From Sandaracinaceae bacterium (GTDB taxonomy: Bacteria; Myxococcota_A; Polyangia; Polyangiales; Sandaracinaceae): 11,562 nt of DNA. Positions within the stretch are counted from its first letter, which is position 1; the number at the start of each line of letters is the position of its first letter. A program made the position numbers and the translations under genes. A model generated the notes under the pieces. The model had not been told where the DNA came from. It worked only from the letters and a program-made list of their open reading frames with translations, and searched no databases. The DNA lies in the NCBI GenBank assembly GCA_044220955.1, contig JBGAQA010000148.1, positions 1 through 11,562 on the forward strand, given 5' to 3'. Below are positions 1 to 7,289 of this stretch, one piece after another.

Positions 1-1
1 C

Positions 2-238
2 CGGAACGTGCTCGGCCAGCTGCGGAGGGCCGTCAGCAGCGTGCCCCTCAACCTGGCCGAGAGCGACGGCGTCAGCGGCGGGAACCGGCGGCAGCGAAGG
101 CTCACGGCGCTCGGCTCGGCCAGGGAGGTCGGCGCTTGTCTCGACGTGGCCGAGGCGCTCGGGTACGCGAGCGTGGACGCCAGCGTGACGAACCGCCTGA
201 ACCACGTGATCGGCGTGCTGGTGAAGCTGACGCGGTAG
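2..238 (+). CDS. Four-helix-bundle protein (23S rRNA intervening-sequence protein / Avd-like family), 5' partial
   Basis: The frame is open from the window edge to TAG at 236-238. It reads QLRRAVSSVPLNLAES...TALGSAREV..CLDVAEALGY, matching the family pattern QxxRAxxSxxxNIAEG...AxGSxxE.......A..LGY. The start lies outside the window. Confidence 0.85.
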   Translation, partial: RNVLGQLRRAVSSVPLNLAESDGVSGGNRRQRRLTALGSAREVGACLDVAEALGYASVDASVTNRLNHVIGVLVKLTR

Positions 239-247
239 GGGGGGCCA

Positions 248-278
248 CGAGGCCCGCGGCGACGAATCGCGGGCCTCG
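248..278. terminator. GC-rich hairpin between convergent four-helix-bundle genes (possible bidirectional terminator or RNA 3' stabiliser)
   Basis: Perfect 11-bp inverted repeat CGAGGCCCGCG (248-258) / CGCGGGCCTCG (268-278) with a 9-nt loop, lying between the stops at 238 (+) and 285 (-). No U-tract on either side. Confidence 0.55.
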
Positions 279-284
279 CTCGTC

Positions 285-521
285 TCAGGGCAGCCGATTC
301 AGCGTCCGCGCGATCCGGTCGAGCGTATCGATCATCGTCGCGTCCGCCGCGATGTACCCGAGCGCGTCCGCCGTCTCGATGCAGGCGCGGACCTCGTTCG
401 CGCTGCCCATATGGCGGTCTGGAACCGAACCTGGGCGTTTCCGTTCCGTCGTCCCTCGCCCTCGGCGATGTTGAGCGTGATGCTGGTGAGCCCGGCGCGT
501 CTGCCGACCGAGATCCGCCGT
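285..521 (-). pseudogene. Second four-helix-bundle gene, N-terminally truncated and doubly frameshifted
   Basis: Manual translation gives ADLGRQTRR, a lone G at 491, then LTSITLNIAEGEGRRNGNAQVRFQTA (490-413, other frame), an extra AT at 411-412, then MGSANEVRACIETADALGYIAADATMIDTLDRIARTLNRLP-stop. The repaired sequence aligns without gaps to the 2-238 product (32/72 identities by hand). Upstream of about 521 the hexamer array replaces the expected first helix and start codon. Confidence 0.85.
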
Positions 522-530
522 GGTCAGAGC

Positions 531-680
531 GAGGTCGAGGTCGAGGTCGAGGTCGAGAGCGAGAGCGAGGTCGAGAGCGAGGTCGAGAGCGAGGTCGAGG
601 TCGAGAGCGAGAGCGAGTTCGAGAGCGAGAGCGAGAGCGAGTTCGAGTTCGAGTTCGAGTTCGAGTTCGAGTTCGAGTTC
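531..680 (+). repeat. Tandem hexamer array GAG-NNC, 25 units (GAGGTC x8, GAGAGC x9, GAGTTC x8)
   Basis: Read directly. The 6-bp phase is unbroken, with degenerate flanking units CAGAGC (525-530) and GACAGC (681-686). Confidence 0.98.
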
Positions 681-690
681 GACAGCTGAC

Positions 691-1156
691 TTAGCCCGAG
701 ATCTCGCTCGTCTCGCGCGCTCCGGGTGCGGGCGCCACGTCGAACGACGACTGCTCGGTGCCGCCGAAGCCGAGGATGAACGCGCGGGCGCCGTGCGCGC
801 CGAACGTGACGAGCCCGTCCTCGGCCGGCGTGAGCAGCAAGGGGCCGTAGTAGCCACTCGACGCAGCCCAGAGCGCGGCGCCCGGGCGCAGGCAGTGCTC
901 GCTGCAGCCGTCCCGCGGCATCGGGTTCCCGTCGTCGCACTGCTCGGGATATTCCGTCGTGCCGTCGCCGCAGACGGGCGCGCTCATGACACGGAGCGTG
1001 CAGTCGGAGAGGCAGCCCGGCCCCGCCCAGTCGCACTCCTCACCTGGGTCGAGGTGGCCGTCGCCGCAGCGAGGCGCCGCGCCACCCGCGCAGGCCGCAG
1101 CGCCCCCCGGCGAGCGCGACAGCAAGCGCGAGCGGGACCCGGCCGCCGGCCGGCAC
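691..1156 (-). pseudogene. Myxobacterial cysteine-rich repeat (DUF4215-like) putative lipoprotein, frameshifted at a G6 run and probably C-terminally truncated
   Basis: Two repeats, CGDGHLDPGEECD...C..DC and CGDGTTEYPEQCDDGNPMPRDGCSEHC, lie in ORF 691-1125. GTG at 1156 opens MPAGGRVPLALAVALAGG in a neighbouring frame. Removing one base from the G6 run (1103-1108) joins it to AAAC, giving a signal peptide with a lipobox-like Cys. Confidence 0.7.
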
Positions 1157-1158
1157 GC

Positions 1159-1269
1159 TCAGTACGGCATCTGGGCGGCGAGGTACGCGCCGATGGCCCC
1201 GATGATCGGGATCGCCACCGTGAAGAGCACGAGGGAGAGTCGGTAGCCGCCTTCGTCGTTCTGTTCCAT
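1159..1269 (-). CDS. Putative 36-aa single-pass membrane protein
   Basis: ATG at 1269 gives MEQNDEGGYRLSLVLFTVAIPIIGAIGAYLAAQMPY-stop. It has one hydrophobic segment and mostly G/C third positions. A -10-like element lies just upstream, and the stop is 2 nt from the next gene's GTG. Confidence 0.6.
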   Translation of the reverse strand: MEQNDEGGYRLSLVLFTVAIPIIGAIGAYLAAQMPY

Positions 1270-1278
1270 CGCGGGAGC

Positions 1279-1287
1279 ACCATACCA
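1279..1287 (-). promoter_or_regulatory. Possible extended -10 element (TGgTATGGT) for a near-leaderless transcript
   Basis: The minus strand reads TGG-TATGGT-9 nt-ATG(1269), with no Shine-Dalgarno between. Confidence 0.35.
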
Positions 1288-1499
1288 GATCTCGGAAGAC
1301 CGGAGCGAGCCGGCCCGCCCCCGCTCGGGATTGAGCACATCGCCTGGCGCTCTCCGGCTCCCTCGCCTCGCCCCGTACGACCCCGTCCGAACCGCACCGA
1401 GATGTGCAGGATCGCGGGCCGTGTCCGCCCCGCCCGATCCGCGTGGTCGCGTGAACACGCCCCGCGCGAGATCCGCGCGAGGTCCGGGGCGTCCGCGGC

Positions 1500-1515
1500 T
1501 GGCGCGCGGCGTGTT
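1500..1515 (+). promoter_or_regulatory. Possible sigma54-like -24/-12 element upstream of the macroglobulin gene
   Basis: TGGCGCG-CGGC-GTGTT compared with consensus TGGCACG-N4-TTGCW. The -24 box matches well, but -12 has GT instead of GC. It ends 14 nt before ATG 1530. Confidence 0.25.
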
Positions 1516-1529
1516 CCTCCGCGGCCGCG

Positions 1530-4500
1530 ATGCACACCTCCACGCCAGGCTCCCACGGTGCGGGTCCCTACCGAACCTCCGCCGCCCCGCCGCCCAAGCC
1601 GCCTCCCTCGCGGGTGGCACCGATCGCCGTCGCCCTCGCGGTGATCTCGCTCCCGGTCTGGATGCTGCTCGGCCGAGCTCGGTCGCAGCCGCTGCCCGCG
1701 AGCGCGCTGCCCGCGATGAGCGACACGATCGTCTCGTTCCCACCGTCCGACCCCGAGCTGCCGATCGCGACGCCGCTCGCGCCGCTGCTCGCCGCCGACG
1801 CGCCCGAGGCGCTGGCCGTGCTCTCGCCGGCCGCCGAGGGTGCCGTGCGGGTGCGTCGCGGGGAGAGCTTCACGGTCCGCTTCAACCGTCCGATGGTGCG
1901 CGGCGTCGACGTCGGCCGCGCGCTGCCGTCGAGCCCGATCGTGTTCACGCCGGCGATCCCCGGCACCGCGCGCTGGCTCTCGCGCTCGACCCTCGCCTTC
2001 ACGCCCGACGCGCACGCCTTCGATCGCAACCGCGAGTCGCGCGTGACGTTCGCCGAGGGGCTCTCGTCCGTCGACGGGGACTCGCTCTTCGACGAGACCC
2101 CGCGCGTCGCCGTGCTCGACGGCACGCCGCGTCTGATCACGCACGAGTCGACGGCGCCCGTCGGCGCGCCGCTCGTGCTCGCGTTCGACGCGCCGGTGAG
2201 CACCGCCGAGCTCGGACGCGAGCTCTTCGTCTACGAGCGGGGCGGCGGCTATCGCGCCTTGCCGGTTCGCATCACCAACCGCGGCGCGGGGACCGAGGAG
2301 GGACAGTTCCTCGTCTCGCTCCAGCCCTCGCGCGCGCTCGAGCCCGGCGCGCGAATCGCGATCGCCATCGCACCACGCTGGATGTCGTGGGGCGGATCGA
2401 GCCCCTCGGTCATGGAGGTCGACCTCGAGCCGCGTCCGCGGATCGACGGCGTCGTGTGCACCGAGTACGAGTGGGGCGGCTCCGAGTGCGCGTTCGACGC
2501 CTCGCCGGGCGAGATCCTCGACATCGAGACCGAGCTGACGCTGCGCGCGACGCACCCGCTCGGCGAGGTCCTGGCGAGCGCGGTGCGGGTGACGCCGCCG
2601 GTGGAGGGTCTCCGCGTCGAGGTTCGCGGCGGCGGGGGCGAGCAGCGGCGGCACCTCGCCGTGACGGCCGAGTGGGACCCGGATCAGACGTACGAGGTCC
2701 GCCTCGGCGAGCTCTCCACGGAGCGCGGTGTCCGCCTCGTCGGGCTGGGTCCCCTCGCCGTGCGCGCCGCCGGGCATGCGCCGGCCGTCGTCGTCCAGAC
2801 GGGCCTGCACGCGCTCGAGCACGACGCGACGCTCGCCTGGCCGTTCCGGGGCATCCACCTCGACCAGGGGCGCGTGCTTCGCCGGGCGGTCGCGGTCGGC
2901 GACGAGCACCGGGCGCTCGCCCATCCGGACGCGTACGTCATCGCGGCGCCCGACACGACAGCGCCGCTCGCCCCGCTCGCGCCGACCTCGCGCGCCAACC
3001 GCTGGGGCGCGGGCACGATCGCGATCGCCCACGGCGGACCGCACATGGAGGTCGTGGCGCTGCAGCCGGGAACGGCGGCGGAGCCCAGCAACCTGCACGC
3101 GGCGCTCTTCGTGACGAGCGACATCGGCGTCTCGGCGACGGCCGTCCCCGGCGGCGTGCTCGTGTGGGCGAGCTCCATCGAGCACGGCACGCCGATCGCC
3201 GACGCGACGGTCACGCTCCACACGCTCGACGGTCACCTGCGCGGCGAGGCGCACACGGGCGCGGACGGCGCCGCGTGGATCGAGGTGGACGACGCCGTCT
3301 ACCCGCCGCTCGAGAGCCCGACGGCCGTGGTGGTCTCGAAGGGAGGCGACCGCGCGGTGATCGAGCTCGACCCGCGCTCGGGCGTCGGCCCGGCGGCGCT
3401 CGCGGTGACCGGCGGTGCGGGCACGAGCGCCGACGGCGTCGTTCGCGCGACCGTGATCACCGATCGCGGGGCGTACCGTCCCGAGGAGTCGCTGCACGCG
3501 CTCGCGCTCGTCCGGCGGGTCGAGGGCGCGACGCTGACGACGACGCCGCGCCGCGCCGTCGTGCTGCGCCTGATGAGCCCGACCTCGGCCACCCCTGTCG
3601 GCTCGGAGGCCGCGACGCTCTCGGCCGCGGGCGTCGCCAGCGCGACGTTCACGCTCCCCGACGACGCCCCGCTCGGCGACTACACCGTCGAGGCGGTGCT
3701 CGACGACGCCGTCATCGGGCAGGCGAGCGCGACCGTCGCCGAGTACCGCGAGCCGCGCTTCCGCGTGGACCTCGACGCGCCCGCCGATCGCACCGTGTCG
3801 GAGGGCGATCCACTTCCGGTCACGGTCCGCGGCCGGTACCTCTTCGGCGCGCCGCTCGCGGGCGCGACGGCGCGCTACACGATCGTGCGCGGCAGCGTCG
3901 TGCGCCACGGCGCGCGCTGGCACGAGGTGCTCTTCGCGCCGGTGTCCGCCCACGCGGCGCGTGCGACGCTCTCGGAGGGCGCGATCGACCTCGACGAGCA
4001 CGGGCAGGCGCGCGTCGACGGCGTGGTCTCCCTCGGCATCCCCACGCGCACGAGCCTCGAGGTCGAGGTCGAGGTCACCGACGAGAGCGGCGAGAGCACG
4101 ACCGCTCACCGCTCGATCGTCGCGCGCCCTGCCGAGGTCGAGGTGGGGGTCCACGCGGGCGACGGCTGGGTCGCGCTCGGCCGCCCGCTCACGGTCGAGG
4201 CCCTCGCGCTCGACGCCGCCGACGAGCCGATCGTGGGCGCGGCGCTCGAGGCGCGCGTCGTGCGCGAGTCGCAGCAGGGCTACTACGAGTGGGAGGAGTC
4301 GAGCGAGGAGGGCGGCGGCTTCCGGCTGCGCCACACCGAGGGGACCGAGGTCGTCCACCGCTGTGCGCTCCGCTCGGCCCACGACTTCGTCCGATGTGCG
4401 TACACGCCCGATCGCGCCGGCTCGTACGTGCTCGAGGTCGAGGCGCGTGACGCGCACGGCCGTCGCTCGCTCGCCTCGCGCCGCGTATACGTGAGCGGCC

Positions 4501-7289
4501 CGGACGGTGCGCCGGACCGCGATCCGCCCGGCTCGCCGGTCGAGCTCACGCCGGACCGCGAGAGCTACGGGGTCGGAGACGAGGCCGAGATCGCGTTCGA
4601 GAGCCCCTTCGCGGGCCGCGCGCTGCTCTCGGTCGCGACCGACCGCGTGCTCTCGCGCCAGCCGATCGAGCTGGTGTCGGGCGGCAACCGGGTGCGCGTG
4701 CGGCTCACCGACGCGATGGTGCCCAACGCGTTCGTCTCGATCGTCCTCGTGCGCCCGCGGACCGGCCCGCCGCCGGCCGCGGGGACCGCGCACCCGCTCG
4801 ATCTCGACGCGCCCGACCTGCGCATCGGAGCCGTCGAGCTGCGCGTGACGCCGCGTCCCGATCCGCTCGCGGTGACGATCGTCGCGGCCGCGAGCGCGCT
4901 GCCCGGCAGCGAGGTCCCGATCGACGTGCAGGTCGCGGGTGGCTCCGGCGCGGCCGAGCGCGGCGCGGAGGTCACGCTCTGGGCCGTCGACGAGGGGACG
5001 CTGCGCGTCACCGGCTGGTCGCTCCCCGAGGCGACGAGCGGCCTGTTCGTGCGGCGCGCCGCGCGCTTCTCGATCGAGGACGTGCGCCGCTCGCTCGTCT
5101 CGCGCCTCTCGGGCGCGCTCGAGCCGGGGCCGAGCGGCGATGGTGGCAACGTCGACGCCGTGATGCAGCTCGCGAGCCGCGAGCGCTACGAGCCCACGCC
5201 GCTCTTCGCGACGCGCCTGATGACCGACGCGCAGGGCCATGCGCGGGCCACGCTCACGCTCCCCGATCGCGTGACGGAGTACCGGATCGTCGCCGTCGCC
5301 GTGCAGGGCGCCTCGCGCTTCGGCAGGGCGGAAGCGTCCGTCGTCGCGACGCGGCCCGTGATCGTGCGACCTGCGCTCCCGCGCTTCCTCACCGAGGGCG
5401 ACGAGGTCGAGCTCGCGGCCTTCGTGCACGACCAGGCGGCGGCGCCGATCGACGCGACGGTCACCGTCCGCGCGTTCGGACAGGAGCACGCGCTCGGCAC
5501 CTTCCACATCGCTCCCGGTGCCGACGTACGCGTCACGGCGCGCGTGACCGTCCCGGCCGGCGCCGAGCCGACGCCCATCGAGATCGTCGCGCGCACGGCC
5601 GGCGGCGACGAGCACCGCGTCGCGCGCACGCTCGACGTGATGCCGCGCGGCCGCTGGGTGCGGCGCCGCGCGCTGGTGATGGGCTCCGCGGGCGTGCGCG
5701 AGCTCCCGCTCTCGTTCCCGGCCGGGACGTCGGCGCGCGGCGCCATGCGCGCCGTCGTCTCGCTGCACCCCTTCATCGCCGCAGACGGCCTCGCAGACGA
5801 CCTCGCGAGCCTCTCCTTCGGCGGCGGCGAGATCGATGCGGCGGTGATCCAGGGCCTCGCCGCGCACGCGCGCCTCGGCGGCTCGCTCGTGCTGCGTGAC
5901 CGCGAGACCACCGAGCGCGAGGGGATCATCCGCACGCGCCTGCGCCGGCTGAGCCACTACGCGACGGACACGGGGGGGTACTCGACGCAGGGCACGTGGG
6001 CCAGCCCGGACGCACGCCTCACCATCGCGGTGATCCGTGCGCGCATCGCCGCCTCGGAGGCGGGCCTCTTGCCCGACGAGGGACCCGCGCACGAGGCGAC
6101 GGAGCGCGCGGGCGACGCGCTGCTCCAGCTGGTCCGCAGCGGCCAGGTGGGCGCCAACTACTACGGCTACGGCCAGGGTGATCGCGATCTCCTCGCGCGC
6201 GCCCTCTACGCGCTCTCGCTCGTGGATCGCCGCGACGATGCGACCTTCACGCGCGAGTACGAGGGCCGCGATCTGCTCTCGCCGCTGGCGCTCGCGTACC
6301 TCGCGCTCGCCACGGAAGAGGGCGATCGCAGGCGTGACGCGCTCGTGGTGCTCGCGCTCGGGCGCTTCCACACCGATCACGGCATCACCTTCGAGTCGGC
6401 GGACACGACGACGCTCGCGGCGCTGCTCGTGGCCGCGGCGAGCACGCCCGCCGGTCACGCGTCCGTCGCGCGGATCACGGGGGTGCTCCTCGATCGCGCC
6501 GCGGACGGCCGCGCGTCGCTCTCGAACCCCTTCGCCACCGCCGACGTGATCGACGCGTTCGCGCACGTGGCCGACCGCTTCGTGGTAGAGGACGCGGAGC
6601 CGCCGACGCTCGCCCTCGACGCCACGCGAGTGAGCGCGGCGGAGACCTCCGGCGTGTCGGCGCGCTTCGCTCCGGCGTTCGCGAGCGCGCTCGGCGGTGC
6701 TCACTCTCTGGTCGCGCGCGGCACGAGCGACCGGCCGGTCTACATGGCCCTCGAGGCGCGCTGGGCCGAGCCGCTCACCGAGGCCGACGAGCGGGCGCGC
6801 GGGCGCGCGCTCACGCTGCACCGGGTGCTCGAGACGCCCGCGGGCGCTCCGATCGCGAGCGGGGCGCACGTGGCGCTCGGCGCGCTGGTCCGCGTGCGCA
6901 TCTTCATCCACACCGAGAGCACCACGCCCGAGTGGGCGGCGGTGCGCGATCCGCACCCGGCCGGGCTCGAGCCGGTGGACGACGGGCTCGAGAGCTCGCC
7001 CTCGACGGAGATCGCCTCGCTCGTGGGCATGGGGCCCGACGACGACGTGGTCGACGTGCGCGCGCGGCGTGCGCTCGACAGCATCGCGTACATCCGCAGC
7101 CACGAGCATGCTCCGCACGCGAGCACCTACCAGCTGACCGCGCTCGGCGCGGGACTCTACGAGCTGACGTACGCGCTCCGCGCCTCGACCCCGGGCACCT
7201 TCGTGGCGCCGCCCGCGACCTTCGAGGCGCTGCGGGATCCCGACGTCGTGGCGCGCTCGGCGGCGCTCACGCTGACGGTCGATCCGTGA
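1530..7289 (+). CDS. Bacterial alpha-2-macroglobulin family protein (YfhM-like), 1919 aa, N-terminal membrane anchor, no CxEQ thioester motif
   Basis: Family motifs appear in the expected order: Ig-like FTVRFNRPMV, MG2 TDRGAYRPEE, VAEYREPRFRV, DRESYGVGDEA, VTLWAVDEG, LPDRVTEYRIVAVA, LPRFLTEGDE, and C-terminal DPHPAGLEPVD and YALRASTPGTFVAPPATFEALRDP. It is directly upstream of pbpC, the canonical neighbour. Confidence 0.95.
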   Translation: MHTSTPGSHGAGPYRTSAAPPPKPPPSRVAPIAVALAVISLPVWMLLGRARSQPLPASALPAMSDTIVSFPPSDPELPIATPLAPLLAADAPEALAVLSPAAEGAVRVRRGESFTVRFNRPMVRGVDVGRALPSSPIVFTPAIPGTARWLSRSTLAFTPDAHAFDRNRESRVTFAEGLSSVDGDSLFDETPRVAVLDGTPRLITHESTAPVGAPLVLAFDAPVSTAELGRELFVYERGGGYRALPVRITNRGAGTEEGQFLVSLQPSRALEPGARIAIAIAPRWMSWGGSSPSVMEVDLEPRPRIDGVVCTEYEWGGSECAFDASPGEILDIETELTLRATHPLGEVLASAVRVTPPVEGLRVEVRGGGGEQRRHLAVTAEWDPDQTYEVRLGELSTERGVRLVGLGPLAVRAAGHAPAVVVQTGLHALEHDATLAWPFRGIHLDQGRVLRRAVAVGDEHRALAHPDAYVIAAPDTTAPLAPLAPTSRANRWGAGTIAIAHGGPHMEVVALQPGTAAEPSNLHAALFVTSDIGVSATAVPGGVLVWASSIEHGTPIADATVTLHTLDGHLRGEAHTGADGAAWIEVDDAVYPPLESPTAVVVSKGGDRAVIELDPRSGVGPAALAVTGGAGTSADGVVRATVITDRGAYRPEESLHALALVRRVEGATLTTTPRRAVVLRLMSPTSATPVGSEAATLSAAGVASATFTLPDDAPLGDYTVEAVLDDAVIGQASATVAEYREPRFRVDLDAPADRTVSEGDPLPVTVRGRYLFGAPLAGATARYTIVRGSVVRHGARWHEVLFAPVSAHAARATLSEGAIDLDEHGQARVDGVVSLGIPTRTSLEVEVEVTDESGESTTAHRSIVARPAEVEVGVHAGDGWVALGRPLTVEALALDAADEPIVGAALEARVVRESQQGYYEWEESSEEGGGFRLRHTEGTEVVHRCALRSAHDFVRCAYTPDRAGSYVLEVEARDAHGRRSLASRRVYVSGPDGAPDRDPPGSPVELTPDRESYGVGDEAEIAFESPFAGRALLSVATDRVLSRQPIELVSGGNRVRVRLTDAMVPNAFVSIVLVRPRTGPPPAAGTAHPLDLDAPDLRIGAVELRVTPRPDPLAVTIVAAASALPGSEVPIDVQVAGGSGAAERGAEVTLWAVDEGTLRVTGWSLPEATSGLFVRRAARFSIEDVRRSLVSRLSGALEPGPSGDGGNVDAVMQLASRERYEPTPLFATRLMTDAQGHARATLTLPDRVTEYRIVAVAVQGASRFGRAEASVVATRPVIVRPALPRFLTEGDEVELAAFVHDQAAAPIDATVTVRAFGQEHALGTFHIAPGADVRVTARVTVPAGAEPTPIEIVARTAGGDEHRVARTLDVMPRGRWVRRRALVMGSAGVRELPLSFPAGTSARGAMRAVVSLHPFIAADGLADDLASLSFGGGEIDAAVIQGLAAHARLGGSLVLRDRETTEREGIIRTRLRRLSHYATDTGGYSTQGTWASPDARLTIAVIRARIAASEAGLLPDEGPAHEATERAGDALLQLVRSGQVGANYYGYGQGDRDLLARALYALSLVDRRDDATFTREYEGRDLLSPLALAYLALATEEGDRRRDALVVLALGRFHTDHGITFESADTTTLAALLVAAASTPAGHASVARITGVLLDRAADGRASLSNPFATADVIDAFAHVADRFVVEDAEPPTLALDATRVSAAETSGVSARFAPAFASALGGAHSLVARGTSDRPVYMALEARWAEPLTEADERARGRALTLHRVLETPAGAPIASGAHVALGALVRVRIFIHTESTTPEWAAVRDPHPAGLEPVDDGLESSPSTEIASLVGMGPDDDVVDVRARRALDSIAYIRSHEHAPHASTYQLTALGAGLYELTYALRASTPGTFVAPPATFEALRDPDVVARSAALTLTVDP

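Noticed and set aside
2..521. 23S rRNA intervening sequence context for the four-helix-bundle genes
   Set aside because: No rRNA-like sequence flanks them within the window; the family name alone does not imply that location.
508..703. 8-bp direct repeat CCGAGATC (508-515, 696-703) around the first array
   Set aside because: Too short to distinguish from chance at this GC content, and not flush with the array ends.
285..857. 190-aa ORF with an ELELEL/LDLDLD tract, plus the other ORFs crossing arrays (411-689, 520-1644, 524-1036, 9238-9648)
   Set aside because: The dipeptide runs are just translations of stop-free hexamer arrays. Only the 285-521 portion has family similarity.
4059..4076. 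(GAGGTC)3 inside the macroglobulin gene
   Set aside because: It encodes EVEVEV in an alternating beta-strand of an MG domain using preferred codons, so protein sequence explains it.
984..7118. 2044-aa minus-strand ORF (also 7157-9472 minus and 1331-4450 plus)
   Set aside because: Shadow frames of the macroglobulin and pbpC genes. They are Arg/Ala/Gly-rich with no motifs, as expected from stop-codon scarcity in very GC-rich coding DNA.
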